This document shows positions 19,223 through 30,200 of a DNA stretch of 64,000 nt, piece after piece. Each line of letters begins with the position of its first letter. Positions within the stretch are counted from its first letter, which is position 1. The position numbers were made by a program, and so were the translations under genes. The notes under the pieces were generated by a model. That model did not search any database. It saw nothing but the letters and a program-made list of their open reading frames with translations, and was not told where the DNA came from. This stretch comes from a virus: positions 30,972-94,971 of IMG/VR virus record IMGVR_UViG_3300017917_001573, one strand, 5' to 3'.

Positions 19223-22200
19223 ATGAGTTGTAAAGTAAAATCAATCGAACAAAAATACAGAGATGTTGCACCAAACATTGCAAACGATCTCCAAGACAAT
19301 TATTCTCAAACACTAGACCTGGTTAAACAATCGGGTCTAGTTACATTTGTAGATGGTAAATTTGTAACAAATAAACCTAATGAACTACAAGCATATTTAA
19401 GTACATACAATAAAACAGTAGATATTAAAGATGGTGTAGTATACACCAATCCATTACAGTCTACTATGTTAGAAGGTGGAATGTTAGAATCAGAAGCATT
19501 GAAATATGCTAAATCTATTTTACCTAGTTTGAAAAACAATGAATTATTGTTTGTAACAAGTTTAGCATTAAATGCAAAATTTCATACAGATGCTACTGGA
19601 GCATACAAAAATGGTTTAGTATATATTGCTTCAAACAATGGTGTAGTAGGTAAGTCTGTAATTCGACATGAAGTATTCCATAAAATTTGGAATGAATATT
19701 TATCACCTGCTGAAAAAGATTCTTTATTTAATTACTATAACAAAGACTTTAAAGCAAAAAATCTTTTTGAATTTGAGGAAATGCTTGCAGAAAAATACCA
19801 AGATTATGTATCTACAAAGAAACATAAATCATCTGTTATTAAAACAATCTTCAATAAAATTCTAAGATTCTTTGGTTTAATTACTGCTAATACAGAATCT
19901 ATTTCTAAATTCTTTGATCAAGTTGATTCAGGTGTTTTTAGTATACAAAAAGATGTTGCTGATAATACACCACGCTTTATGAAAAAAGTAGTAGAGAAAA
20001 TGGGTTCTGTACAACGATATGAATTTGGTTTAGAACTAGTTAAAAGTTTTGCAACAGAAGCTTTTGGAAAAGGTTTTGCTACTTCTTTTGTAATAGATGG
20101 TAAGAATAAATTCTTAAATATTCCATCATCAGACATTACAAACTTTCGCCTATACTCCAAAGCTGTCTTAAATCATATTAAAACAAATCCTGCATTTATT
20201 CAAAATTCAAAACTTATTGGTTCTGTATTTGATAATCCTAAGTTTGCTGATTTTAGAGAGTTGGTATTAAAAGATGCAAAAGCGGGTGAAACAAATACGG
20301 TATCACAAAAAGATAGTTTATTAGATGCTGTACAAAAACACTTTGATGAATTGTTTGCAGATGCTTTTGGTATTAAACCAGAAAAACTAAATCTTACAAA
20401 AGAAGAACTAGAAGAACTAGAAAATAATTTGATTGAAAAAGATGAAGAAGAAACTGGTAATCTTTCTCAAGAAATTAAAGATAAAACAAACATTGATGGA
20501 TTTGAAAATAGTTCTCAACGTATCAAAGTATTCTTGAGTACAATAAATGTATTAGACAATGTATTAGACAAGGAATTAGATGATGAATCTAAAGTCAAAT
20601 ACATGAATGCTAAACGTGTATATGCAGCATTGGTAACAGCTATGCAGTATACAAACAAATTAGCTAAAAATGAATCATTTGGTACACAACTAGAAAAGAG
20701 TATACAAAATGGTAGACAAGGTTCTGATAAAAAAACTCTTGATGCAGTATTAAAAAAATTAGCTGCTATTGAAAAATCTATTGCAGATAGAAACAAAAGC
20801 AATTCTTCACCACTTTATTTTTTTAATGCAAATGAAGCACTTATTGTAAATAGTATCTATACAGATACAGAGTTGAGCAAAAAACAAAAACTTACTAATA
20901 AACTGTATCATTTTGATTTTGGTATGTATGACAATTTAGAAATTGTAGATGTATCTAATGATAAATTAAAAGATGGACAGTTTGTTGTAAAAGCATATCA
21001 CATTGCTACAAATAAAATATACTATGCATTATGTGATGGAAAAGTTAGCAAAGAACCTTCTGAATTCAATAAAGCGTTTGTAGAACGTGTTCACAAACTG
21101 TTAGTTGAAAAAAAGACACCTCTAGTACAGAAAGAAAAATCTCTTATTGAATCTATTGTATCTGATTTAACAGGTACTGTAAACAATGATTTGTATACAT
21201 CATTGACAAGTCATTTCTATTCTATTGTAGAACGTAACATTGCATTTATTAAATCTAAGTCTGAGTTTGAAAAGAAACAAATTCTTACAGATGAAGATGG
21301 TGAACCAATTGATATTGACATTGATGATATTGATGAAAATACACCTGTTGAAAAACAAAGACCTATACGAACTGGTAAAATTATAAAGTCTACTGGTTCT
21401 GCTGATATTCCAATTCAAGCTGCAAAGTTTGTTAATGATTTAAATGCTGCAATATTAGAACCACAAAACGGTTTAAAAAATGCAGAGATATTATTGAATG
21501 CATTAAAAACAGAATATAAAGAATCTGATAAACAAGCATTTTCTTTGTATAAAGCAGGTGTAATTGCAGCGTTTACAAATGCTAAATTAAAAAAATCTTA
21601 TGCTGACGCGTACTTCAAAGCTATTGAAAGAAAAGATGCCAACTCTTTTACAAAAGGTGATTTAATTGAATTTTTAACACTTGTTTCAAAATTTGATAAA
21701 AATAAAGGCACACTTGATCAATACATTAATAATGATGAATTAAGTAAAAAGATTTCTACTCCAGCAAATGAAATTGCAAGAAGTATTGTAAGTGGTTTTG
21801 ATATTCCAAATGCAGTAAGTAAAACGATTGGTGGTAAAAAACAATACAAATTTGTTCGTTCTAATACTATCATGCGTAATCTAAAACAATTAGAATCGTA
21901 TGGTAATAATCGTGTATACTCTAAGAATGATGTAAATGCTGAGAATGTATTACCTGCTTGGGCAAGTAACACAAATAATTCATACTCCGTAAACCCATAT
22001 GTTGATCCTACTACAAAATCAGATTTTAAAATTACAGAACATTTTTTAGTAGGTGGAGATGAATATAAGAATGCAAATGGATATGTTAATACTACTCCCT
22101 GGGCAAATTTAACTACTAAACAAAGACATATTCAAGTTCTTCAATACGCATGGGGACATGGTAAATTTAAAGAAGACGCACACCATATCTTTTTACCTCA

Positions 22201-25200
22201 ACAAGGTGATGCTACAACAGCATATGTAGCACAAGTTCCTCTTACGTTTAATACACGTCTTGCATTAGAAAGAACTCTAATGATGCAAGCTAAAAAACTT
22301 ACTAAAGAAGAACAGATTGAAAAACTAGGTTATTCACTAAAAAAATATAATTTCAATGACATTGTTGATTTTGAATTGATGGATGAAGCAGTAAAGAAAG
22401 TAACATCTAAAATCAAAAATCAAACATTTACATCAATGACTGAAAGATGTAGATTTCTTTTGGATCCAGCTAATAAAAATCTTTTAGATGAACTAGAAAA
22501 AGAATTTGAAAAACTTATTCTTAAAGAAGTAGATAAAGAAATTCAGTTTATTGCACAAAACAAATATCATTTTACAGATAACTTTTTTGGAAATGATGTA
22601 TTTGCTACACAAGTAAAAAATGCAAAAACTCCAGAAGAAGCAGCCAACATTTTAAGTAAAGATGTTGACTTTTTGCGTGTTATTAAAAAAATTCTATATT
22701 CGCATTCATACAATGGATATTTCATCAATCAATATTTGAATGGTGATTCAGAAACATATGGTGATGCTGCTGGTACATTAAAACGTAGAGATAGTAATGG
22801 TTCACCAAAAGAAAGTATGCGTATTTCAAATGGTACAGCCGTAAATACAACTGGGGCAAGAGTTAAATTTAGAGCAGCTGTTGTAAAAGATATAAATATT
22901 TTTGGGAACCTAGAAGATGTGGCAGAGAAAGAAGAAAAAGAGGGAAAAGAATTAGACCCAAATCTAAAGAAATGGACTTCTGAAATGTTGCTAAATGAAT
23001 TAGGTTTTACTAAAGAATCAGATCCAGATTTGTTTAATGAATGGGAAGGTGATTACAAACCATCTGATGGTCAAGGTATTCACATTAAACGTAGAAACAA
23101 TGAAATTAGAAGAAACTATGGTACTGAAACAAATTATGGTAGAATTCTAAAACCTTTGATCAATGATAGATACACCAGAAATGGATTTGAAACTCCCTTT
23201 ATTGGAAAGTATTCTAGTATCCTACTAGATGAAAGTGTTGCTAAAGTTTCTCCAATTGCTAAACAGATTATGGATTGGATGGAAAAACACAACATTGATG
23301 AACTATTATTTGATAGTGCTATCAAATGTGGTCAAATGGATTCTCAGTATCAGATAGATTTGAATGATATTCTAAACGACACTGTACCACAATCACATAT
23401 GGATAGTGCTATTGTTGAACTTAACAATGATGCATACGGATTGCAATTAGATCCTATTTCTACTGCTACAAAAGTTACATATCCATCGCAACTATTTTAT
23501 TTCCCACGTATTACACAAGATTTAAAAGAATTTAAAACTGGTGTTAATCCCATTGATATGTATCAGTATATGGCTGATCTAATTGATTTTAGAAAAAGTG
23601 TAGATGATAGAAAAACTAAGTTTGGAGATAAATACAATAGAACAGTATTGTTGAATAAAATCAAAGGTCAATTAGATGCTAAAAATCTAATGGGTAACGA
23701 CTTACTTCAAGATTTATTGAATGCATTTGTTAAACAGAAAAAAGGAAATATTGCATTTAACTTACCAGTATTCTCTGAATTCTTAGAAAATGCGATTCTT
23801 GGAGGTAGATATAAAAATGTAGTACAAACCAAATTCAAAGGTAAAAAGAACGTTCTAGTTTCTTCTGTACTAACAAACAACTATGGTTATAAATTTGATG
23901 AAAATACTGAATCTAAAATACCTAATCTAAAAACTTACAAAAATGATAAAGGTGAAATTGTATCACAAGCTGTTGTTCCAAAAGGAAAGTACATAACTAA
24001 GTCAGATGGAAAAAAGGTATGGAAAGGTTTGATTCCAGAAGAAGTACAAAACAAAATGATTGCTAATCAAAAAGCAGGTAAAGACATTTTAGATGGTGTT
24101 ACTGAACAATTTATTTTGTTCGGTTTCCGTATTCCTTCAACTGGTATCCACTCTGCATTACCATTAGAAATTGTAGGTTTTTATGATGATAAAGGTACAA
24201 ATGGTATTATTGTTCCACCAGATGTAGTACAGAAACATGGATCTGACTTTGACGTAGATAGCTTGTTTACTATTGCATTGGATGAATTTCAAGAAGATTT
24301 CAAGGTTGGAGATACTACATACAGAAAAAATACTGTAGTTGGTGAGAATGGTTCTTTAGAAGATATGTTGAAAGAGTATGCTGAGAAACCTACTTCAGAA
24401 TTAGAAGAGTATATTACAAAAGCATATCAGAACAAGATTGCATCAGAAATGAAAAAAATCTTTGTTCATAAACACAATGCTCACATGATGACTACTACCA
24501 TTAATATGCAACCATACAAAGATGTTATTGAAAGATTGTATGGTAAAAAACAAAAGATCACAGATCCATCTACTATTAATGGTATGTTGAAACAAGTTGA
24601 AGTAGCAATGGCTGGTGTAACAGGTACAGGTATTTCTGCATCTGCATTAAAATTCTTAGGTTACATTTATGAAGCTGGAGAAAATGGTATTCCTAAATTT
24701 AATCCTAAAGTATTGGAAACTATTTCTTTTGTATCTAATGGTCAAACAAAAGTTATTGATCAAGTAACTATTGACAGAGATGCTGTAAAAGAATTGGATG
24801 GTCTAGTAAACTTGAACATTGATAACATTAAAGAGTTAGGTCTAGATGCATTGAATTTGGATACTAATACTATTACATTGTTTATTGCAATGAGAATGGT
24901 AGGTTTAGATTTGAATCAATCTTCTAAAATCATGACTTCTAAATTAATGCGTTATCTCCGAGATAACAATTTAAAAGTCAATACCGATATGTTAGTTACA
25001 TTTGGAATAACGGAAGAAGCTTTTTCAGATAAAAATATTAAACTTGATTTAGATGCATTGTTTGATCCTAAAAACAAAAAACTGTTTAATACAGATTTTA
25101 ACTGGTCTGGATCTGAATATGATTATTCTGAATTTACAGATGCACAAAAGGAATTAACTAAACAATTACTTGTATTCTTGTATAGAATGAGTCAGGTTTC

Positions 25201-27256
25201 TAATATGGCACTTGAAGTAAATACATTAATTGATGCTGTAGCTAAACCTAGAACAACAGTTGAGCAAGCAGAAAATCTAATTGATATATACAACAAATTG
25301 AATGATGAAAAAGGAACACTTCCAGAAGATTATTCTTTTATTGCACAATTAGAACCACATTTACAAGAACTACTTAAAGAACAAGAATCTACAACTGTTT
25401 CTAATACATACATTTTTGATATTCCAAATTTCTTTAAAGTAAACCCACATATCAAAGCTGCTGCAAAATCTGTTATTGCAGAATATGATTTTATGTCTAG
25501 AAACTTTCCATTCTATTCTTCTAAAATTAAACAGTTTATTATTGATAATCCAATACTAAGAAAAGTTAGACTTTCTGAAATTCAAACAGATGATAGAATG
25601 TTAAAAAGACAAGAGCTTATAAAATTTGTAATGTCTGCATTTTCTAAATCAAAACAAGTTAAACCTGTATACATCAATAAGACATTGTTTTCTGGTACAG
25701 ATGCTTTTTACAACATGAGTGCTAAACGTTTAAAAGCCGCTAAAGAAATACTAAAAGACAATTACTTTTTAAAAGTAATCAATCCTACTTCAAAAGGTAT
25801 TTTTAAATTAGAATCTAAATTAGCTGAATTGTACAACCAAAATGCAATTAAAGAATCTTTTGATGAATTGAGATACCTTAAAGAAGAAATTCAAATTATT
25901 CCATATGAAACAAGTATTCAATTAGAAAAAGAATTAGCTGATTACAATGTTACTGCTGAACTTAAAAAAACACTTATTGAGTATGCTAAAGAAAAAGGTG
26001 TATTGGAAACTGTAGACAATATGAACGATATTCAAGAAGGGTATAGAATATTGAATTATACATTTACAAAAATGGATACGTATCAAGAAAATTCATATGC
26101 TGATATTATTTTTGAACAAGTTCTTTTAGATGATGGTTTAACTAACACTTCTCAATCGTTGACTAGATATATTTCAGATGATATTATGATGAAGTATGCA
26201 AAGAATTTTACATCCTTGTTGTCTATAATGAACTCTGCAAACGTAGATCATATGTTGGAAGATTTTACATTAGAATTTATGGTTAAACATAAAAACTTAT
26301 ATACAAATCTTAATTTGAGATCATTAGAAAAAACAAAAACACAATATGTATACGATGATAGTAAGCATCCTAAAGCACTACAAGTACATAGTGGTATGCA
26401 TTCAGAATTGGGTTTTTATGATGCTAGTTTTCCAATAAAAGATAAAAATGATGTTAGACTTAATACAGCTAAAAAACTTATTGAGTATGATGGTGCTATT
26501 ATGAAATTAATTGGACAAGAAGGTGGAACATTGTATTATAGAAAAATTGCTACTTTACCAAAAGGAGAAAATAGAAAGATGTCTTATTCAATGAATGATA
26601 AAATGATTTCATATCAACGTTTGATTAACATGGCAGATGAATTATATCTATCCGCCAATGTTGATCCAGAAATGTTTGAGATAGAAGAAAAACTTGCTAA
26701 TTTATCAGACTATGTTAAAGAAGCTTTTGATACTAAACAAATTGATGAAACAAACAACTATTACAAAGCACTAAAGCATTTTGTACAAAATGTGGTTGGA
26801 ACTAAATTCTCAAACAAAGATACTGTATTAAACGTATTGAAAAGTGACATTAAGTATACACCAATTGATATTATTGAGTTTGCTAAAGATAAACCTATTA
26901 TTCCTGTAAAAGAGAATAAAACTACTATTAAAATAATTAGTACAGAACGACCTGACGATAAAACTAGTGTACAGTTGTTTAACCAATTACGTATTCAATC
27001 AAAAGATTTTACATTGTTTAGAGATCCTAACATTCAAGGTGGTTATTTAGTGACACATCTAATTAGCGATATTGGAATTAAAAACCCAACTCTTTACGAA
27101 TATCATATTACAGAATTGGATGTAAAAGGTGTAACTTTGGAATTGACTCCTGTTAATAGCACAACAGATACATTTAACTTTTCAAATATAGATAAAGTAA
27201 CTGATATGCTAAACGGAGACAAAGAAACTACAATTAAACCATCTTGTAAACTATAA
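19223..27256 (+). CDS. Virion-packaged single-chain two-barrel DNA-dependent RNA polymerase with N-terminal zincin domain
   Basis: Catalytic loop GSDFDVDSLF (DFDVD at 24245-24259), preceded by FRIPSTG; also KRRDSNGSP and PSDGQG motifs; HEVFH...EEMLAE zincin (19667-19681). Matches the crAss/phi14:2 gp66-type RNAP architecture. Confidence 0.9.
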   Translation: MSCKVKSIEQKYRDVAPNIANDLQDNYSQTLDLVKQSGLVTFVDGKFVTNKPNELQAYLSTYNKTVDIKDGVVYTNPLQSTMLEGGMLESEALKYAKSILPSLKNNELLFVTSLALNAKFHTDATGAYKNGLVYIASNNGVVGKSVIRHEVFHKIWNEYLSPAEKDSLFNYYNKDFKAKNLFEFEEMLAEKYQDYVSTKKHKSSVIKTIFNKILRFFGLITANTESISKFFDQVDSGVFSIQKDVADNTPRFMKKVVEKMGSVQRYEFGLELVKSFATEAFGKGFATSFVIDGKNKFLNIPSSDITNFRLYSKAVLNHIKTNPAFIQNSKLIGSVFDNPKFADFRELVLKDAKAGETNTVSQKDSLLDAVQKHFDELFADAFGIKPEKLNLTKEELEELENNLIEKDEEETGNLSQEIKDKTNIDGFENSSQRIKVFLSTINVLDNVLDKELDDESKVKYMNAKRVYAALVTAMQYTNKLAKNESFGTQLEKSIQNGRQGSDKKTLDAVLKKLAAIEKSIADRNKSNSSPLYFFNANEALIVNSIYTDTELSKKQKLTNKLYHFDFGMYDNLEIVDVSNDKLKDGQFVVKAYHIATNKIYYALCDGKVSKEPSEFNKAFVERVHKLLVEKKTPLVQKEKSLIESIVSDLTGTVNNDLYTSLTSHFYSIVERNIAFIKSKSEFEKKQILTDEDGEPIDIDIDDIDENTPVEKQRPIRTGKIIKSTGSADIPIQAAKFVNDLNAAILEPQNGLKNAEILLNALKTEYKESDKQAFSLYKAGVIAAFTNAKLKKSYADAYFKAIERKDANSFTKGDLIEFLTLVSKFDKNKGTLDQYINNDELSKKISTPANEIARSIVSGFDIPNAVSKTIGGKKQYKFVRSNTIMRNLKQLESYGNNRVYSKNDVNAENVLPAWASNTNNSYSVNPYVDPTTKSDFKITEHFLVGGDEYKNANGYVNTTPWANLTTKQRHIQVLQYAWGHGKFKEDAHHIFLPQQGDATTAYVAQVPLTFNTRLALERTLMMQAKKLTKEEQIEKLGYSLKKYNFNDIVDFELMDEAVKKVTSKIKNQTFTSMTERCRFLLDPANKNLLDELEKEFEKLILKEVDKEIQFIAQNKYHFTDNFFGNDVFATQVKNAKTPEEAANILSKDVDFLRVIKKILYSHSYNGYFINQYLNGDSETYGDAAGTLKRRDSNGSPKESMRISNGTAVNTTGARVKFRAAVVKDINIFGNLEDVAEKEEKEGKELDPNLKKWTSEMLLNELGFTKESDPDLFNEWEGDYKPSDGQGIHIKRRNNEIRRNYGTETNYGRILKPLINDRYTRNGFETPFIGKYSSILLDESVAKVSPIAKQIMDWMEKHNIDELLFDSAIKCGQMDSQYQIDLNDILNDTVPQSHMDSAIVELNNDAYGLQLDPISTATKVTYPSQLFYFPRITQDLKEFKTGVNPIDMYQYMADLIDFRKSVDDRKTKFGDKYNRTVLLNKIKGQLDAKNLMGNDLLQDLLNAFVKQKKGNIAFNLPVFSEFLENAILGGRYKNVVQTKFKGKKNVLVSSVLTNNYGYKFDENTESKIPNLKTYKNDKGEIVSQAVVPKGKYITKSDGKKVWKGLIPEEVQNKMIANQKAGKDILDGVTEQFILFGFRIPSTGIHSALPLEIVGFYDDKGTNGIIVPPDVVQKHGSDFDVDSLFTIALDEFQEDFKVGDTTYRKNTVVGENGSLEDMLKEYAEKPTSELEEYITKAYQNKIASEMKKIFVHKHNAHMMTTTINMQPYKDVIERLYGKKQKITDPSTINGMLKQVEVAMAGVTGTGISASALKFLGYIYEAGENGIPKFNPKVLETISFVSNGQTKVIDQVTIDRDAVKELDGLVNLNIDNIKELGLDALNLDTNTITLFIAMRMVGLDLNQSSKIMTSKLMRYLRDNNLKVNTDMLVTFGITEEAFSDKNIKLDLDALFDPKNKKLFNTDFNWSGSEYDYSEFTDAQKELTKQLLVFLYRMSQVSNMALEVNTLIDAVAKPRTTVEQAENLIDIYNKLNDEKGTLPEDYSFIAQLEPHLQELLKEQESTTVSNTYIFDIPNFFKVNPHIKAAAKSVIAEYDFMSRNFPFYSSKIKQFIIDNPILRKVRLSEIQTDDRMLKRQELIKFVMSAFSKSKQVKPVYINKTLFSGTDAFYNMSAKRLKAAKEILKDNYFLKVINPTSKGIFKLESKLAELYNQNAIKESFDELRYLKEEIQIIPYETSIQLEKELADYNVTAELKKTLIEYAKEKGVLETVDNMNDIQEGYRILNYTFTKMDTYQENSYADIIFEQVLLDDGLTNTSQSLTRYISDDIMMKYAKNFTSLLSIMNSANVDHMLEDFTLEFMVKHKNLYTNLNLRSLEKTKTQYVYDDSKHPKALQVHSGMHSELGFYDASFPIKDKNDVRLNTAKKLIEYDGAIMKLIGQEGGTLYYRKIATLPKGENRKMSYSMNDKMISYQRLINMADELYLSANVDPEMFEIEEKLANLSDYVKEAFDTKQIDETNNYYKALKHFVQNVVGTKFSNKDTVLNVLKSDIKYTPIDIIEFAKDKPIIPVKENKTTIKIISTERPDDKTSVQLFNQLRIQSKDFTLFRDPNIQGGYLVTHLISDIGIKNPTLYEYHITELDVKGVTLELTPVNSTTDTFNFSNIDKVTDMLNGDKETTIKPSCKL

Positions 27257-27261
27257 CAATT

Positions 27262-30200
27262 ATGTGTGGTACAGACGAAGCTAAAGAAAACCTTATTCTA
27301 CAGGTTCAAAAAATAATTCCAAACTTTAAACATTTAAATCCTGCTTTTAAACAAGAGCAGGATTTAATCATTGTTGATCAACGTAATCAATCCGAGTTGT
27401 ATGCTGCTATTGAAGCATCTAACACAACACTATTTCAATTAACCAATATTGAAAATATAATTGGTGAACCACGATTTCATAAACCTGGTAAAGTAGAATT
27501 ACCTTTAAATCTTACACCAAAAAATATTAGAAATAGGTACATTCAACTTGAACAACAAAGAGATCCTCAACTTTCAGATGAATTACAAGAAGCATACGAT
27601 TTAGCAAAAAAGGAATTTGCTGAAAAAGAATCATTCGATTATATCGTAGATGGTGATGTAAAACCTATTTATGATAATATGGAAAGTAAAACTGTTCAAT
27701 CAAGTATAAAAGTATTTCGACACTTGTCCATTAAAGAAGGTTCTACACTTGAACCATTACCATTTACAGATAGATTGGCTTCTATATTTGGTGATAGAAA
27801 GAAAATGAGTGTTAAAGAAATTATTAATGAAATGATTCAAAACACCAAAGTAAATGATGCACATGGTTATCACAATATCATGTACAACTTCATTTCAAAT
27901 CACATTGGTGATTTTGATGTATACATCAAACCCTTAAAGAAAACTGTTCGAGGACAATATGTATACAGTATGTCTGGTGAAAGAATTGAACTAAATATAG
28001 ATGGTGTAAACGAACGTGTTTTTCTACATGAACTTATGCATGCTGCTACTGCAAGAATTCTTAGAGTATATGAATCAAATCCTGAACAGTTAACAGCTGA
28101 TCAAAAGAATGCTATTTCTGAACTACAAACTATTTTCTCTGAACTATTGGAACAAAAACCATCTTTGGGTAAACAATATGGTTTTACTAACTTAGATGAA
28201 TTTATTGCAGAATTCTTTTCAAATGATTCATTTAGAGAATCAGTTGGAAATATGAAGTTATCTAAATCTTATAAAATTAGATACAAACTTGCAGAACTAA
28301 TTGGTAGACTATTGGGTTTCTTAAATTTTGAACCATATACTAAAAAAGTAGGAGTTGTTGTTATTGATAGAGTATTGATGTTGGCACAAGGTAATTCTGC
28401 ATACAATACAGATGTAGAAGTAGAACTTCAATCTATTTCTCAAAATGAAGAATGGGATATACCATTGGATCAAAATGGAAAACAAGAAGATTTCTACGAA
28501 AACTCTAATACTAAAGAACGTAGAAAGCGTATTACTTCTGCAAACAATGGTTTGTTAAATCTAATGGCTAACAAGACCAATACAGAAGATTATTTAGTAT
28601 CCATCAACTATACAGAAGATGAAATAAAAAATAATGTTGAAAAAGTAACTACACGTTTTCCTAATAAAAAACTTACACCTACTGCATTTAGAGAAGAACT
28701 TAAAAAGTTTTCCAAAATAGATCAGTTGCAAGGTAGTATTAGAGAGTTATTGATTCAATTTGATATTACTAAACAACAAGAACTAAAAGATAAAGCAGAC
28801 AGACTAATTGAAGAATTACAACAATTAGATCCAGAAAAAGTGGTAGACATGTCTTTTTTAAATAGAGGTAGTGAATTTAACGTTCTGGATGAACTATACA
28901 AAAAAATAGGATATACTGGTCAACGTACAGATGTTCCTGCTGAAAAAAGAAACAATATGAATTTTGGTGTAAAAGTTACATCAAAAACATTAGGTTATAT
29001 GGGTACACTTGACTTTGTTATTGATAAACCAGATGGTTCAGTTTCATTTATAGAAATGAAAACAGGTAACTCTTTTCTTAAAGAAAAATCATTTGTATCT
29101 CTTTATTTACATGGTATTGCAGAAGGTGTTCCTATCAGTAATTTGAACAATGCTCAACTACAATTGATGTGGTATATGTTTTTGTACAAGCTACAAAATC
29201 CTAGTAAAACAATTTCAAGTGGTAAAATATTGTATGCTAATAGTGGAAAAACAATTGAATCTAGTGATGCTGTATTTGAATTAGAAAATGATGTATTTAT
29301 CAAATTGATTCATAATTTCTTATTAGATACTAAATTCTTAACCGACAATGGTTTTCCACAAGATTTGTATGAAAAATTGGAACAAGAATATATTGCAAAT
29401 GGTGGTAAATCATTTGATGAATTGTTCATGCCTCAAACATACTACAATGATAGTCCTGAAATTGATTTAAATACTTCAACATTATCAGCAGATGATATTA
29501 TTGAACAAAGTGAAAAAGATATTCTATATAATTCAAAAGGTCTACCATTATCGAAAGGTTCCGAAACTATATATAAAGAACAAAAAGAAACACTTGCTAA
29601 TAAAGCTCTTGTAGTATTGAGAAGATATTCTTCTGAGGCATTGGATTATTCTAGTGCTAATTCTCCATTTAGATTGTTGTATCAAATGAATGATTGGAAC
29701 CAATCTACACTTCAAGCCTTTTCTTTGTATACAGAAAAGAATAGACAATTATATAGTAAAGAATTAACTGAACGTTTGACTACTGTTGAGAATTTTAGAA
29801 AGAAAATCTTTGGTAGTAATATGAAAGGTTTTGTATGGAATTCTAAAAAAACATATGGTCATTTATTTACGGAACATGTTGTATTAGATAGTGAAGGTAA
29901 TGAATTGAGAAAAGAAAAACGTTTATTGCATGCAAATGAAACTGATCCTGAAAATAAAGCTAGATGGAATAGTTTATCACCACAAGAAAAAGAATTCTTA
30001 GATTACTATCATAGACGAATGAAATATTATTATCATCCTGAAACAGGTTTGTTTGCACAAAAGAATATCAATGATATTACAATGTCTAAACAAAACATTT
30101 CTGATATTGATGTAATAAATAAAACAGTTCGTTCAACAGACCCTTTTGTATACTACGAAGGTTGGTATCCTAAAGTAGTTTTAAAGGATACGAATGAAAT

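Noticed and set aside
20546-20569. 12-bp tandem duplication aatgtattagac x2 (NVLD NVLD)
   Set aside because: Single in-frame slippage duplication with no sign of function
21311-21334. DIDIDDID as an RNAP catalytic DxDxD motif
   Set aside because: It lies in an acidic low-complexity linker; GSDFDVD preceded by RIP is the canonical site
15991-27270. Split-intein explanation for the terminal cysteines
   Set aside because: No HINT motifs (no C-terminal His-Asn, no TxxH block) seen near the junctions
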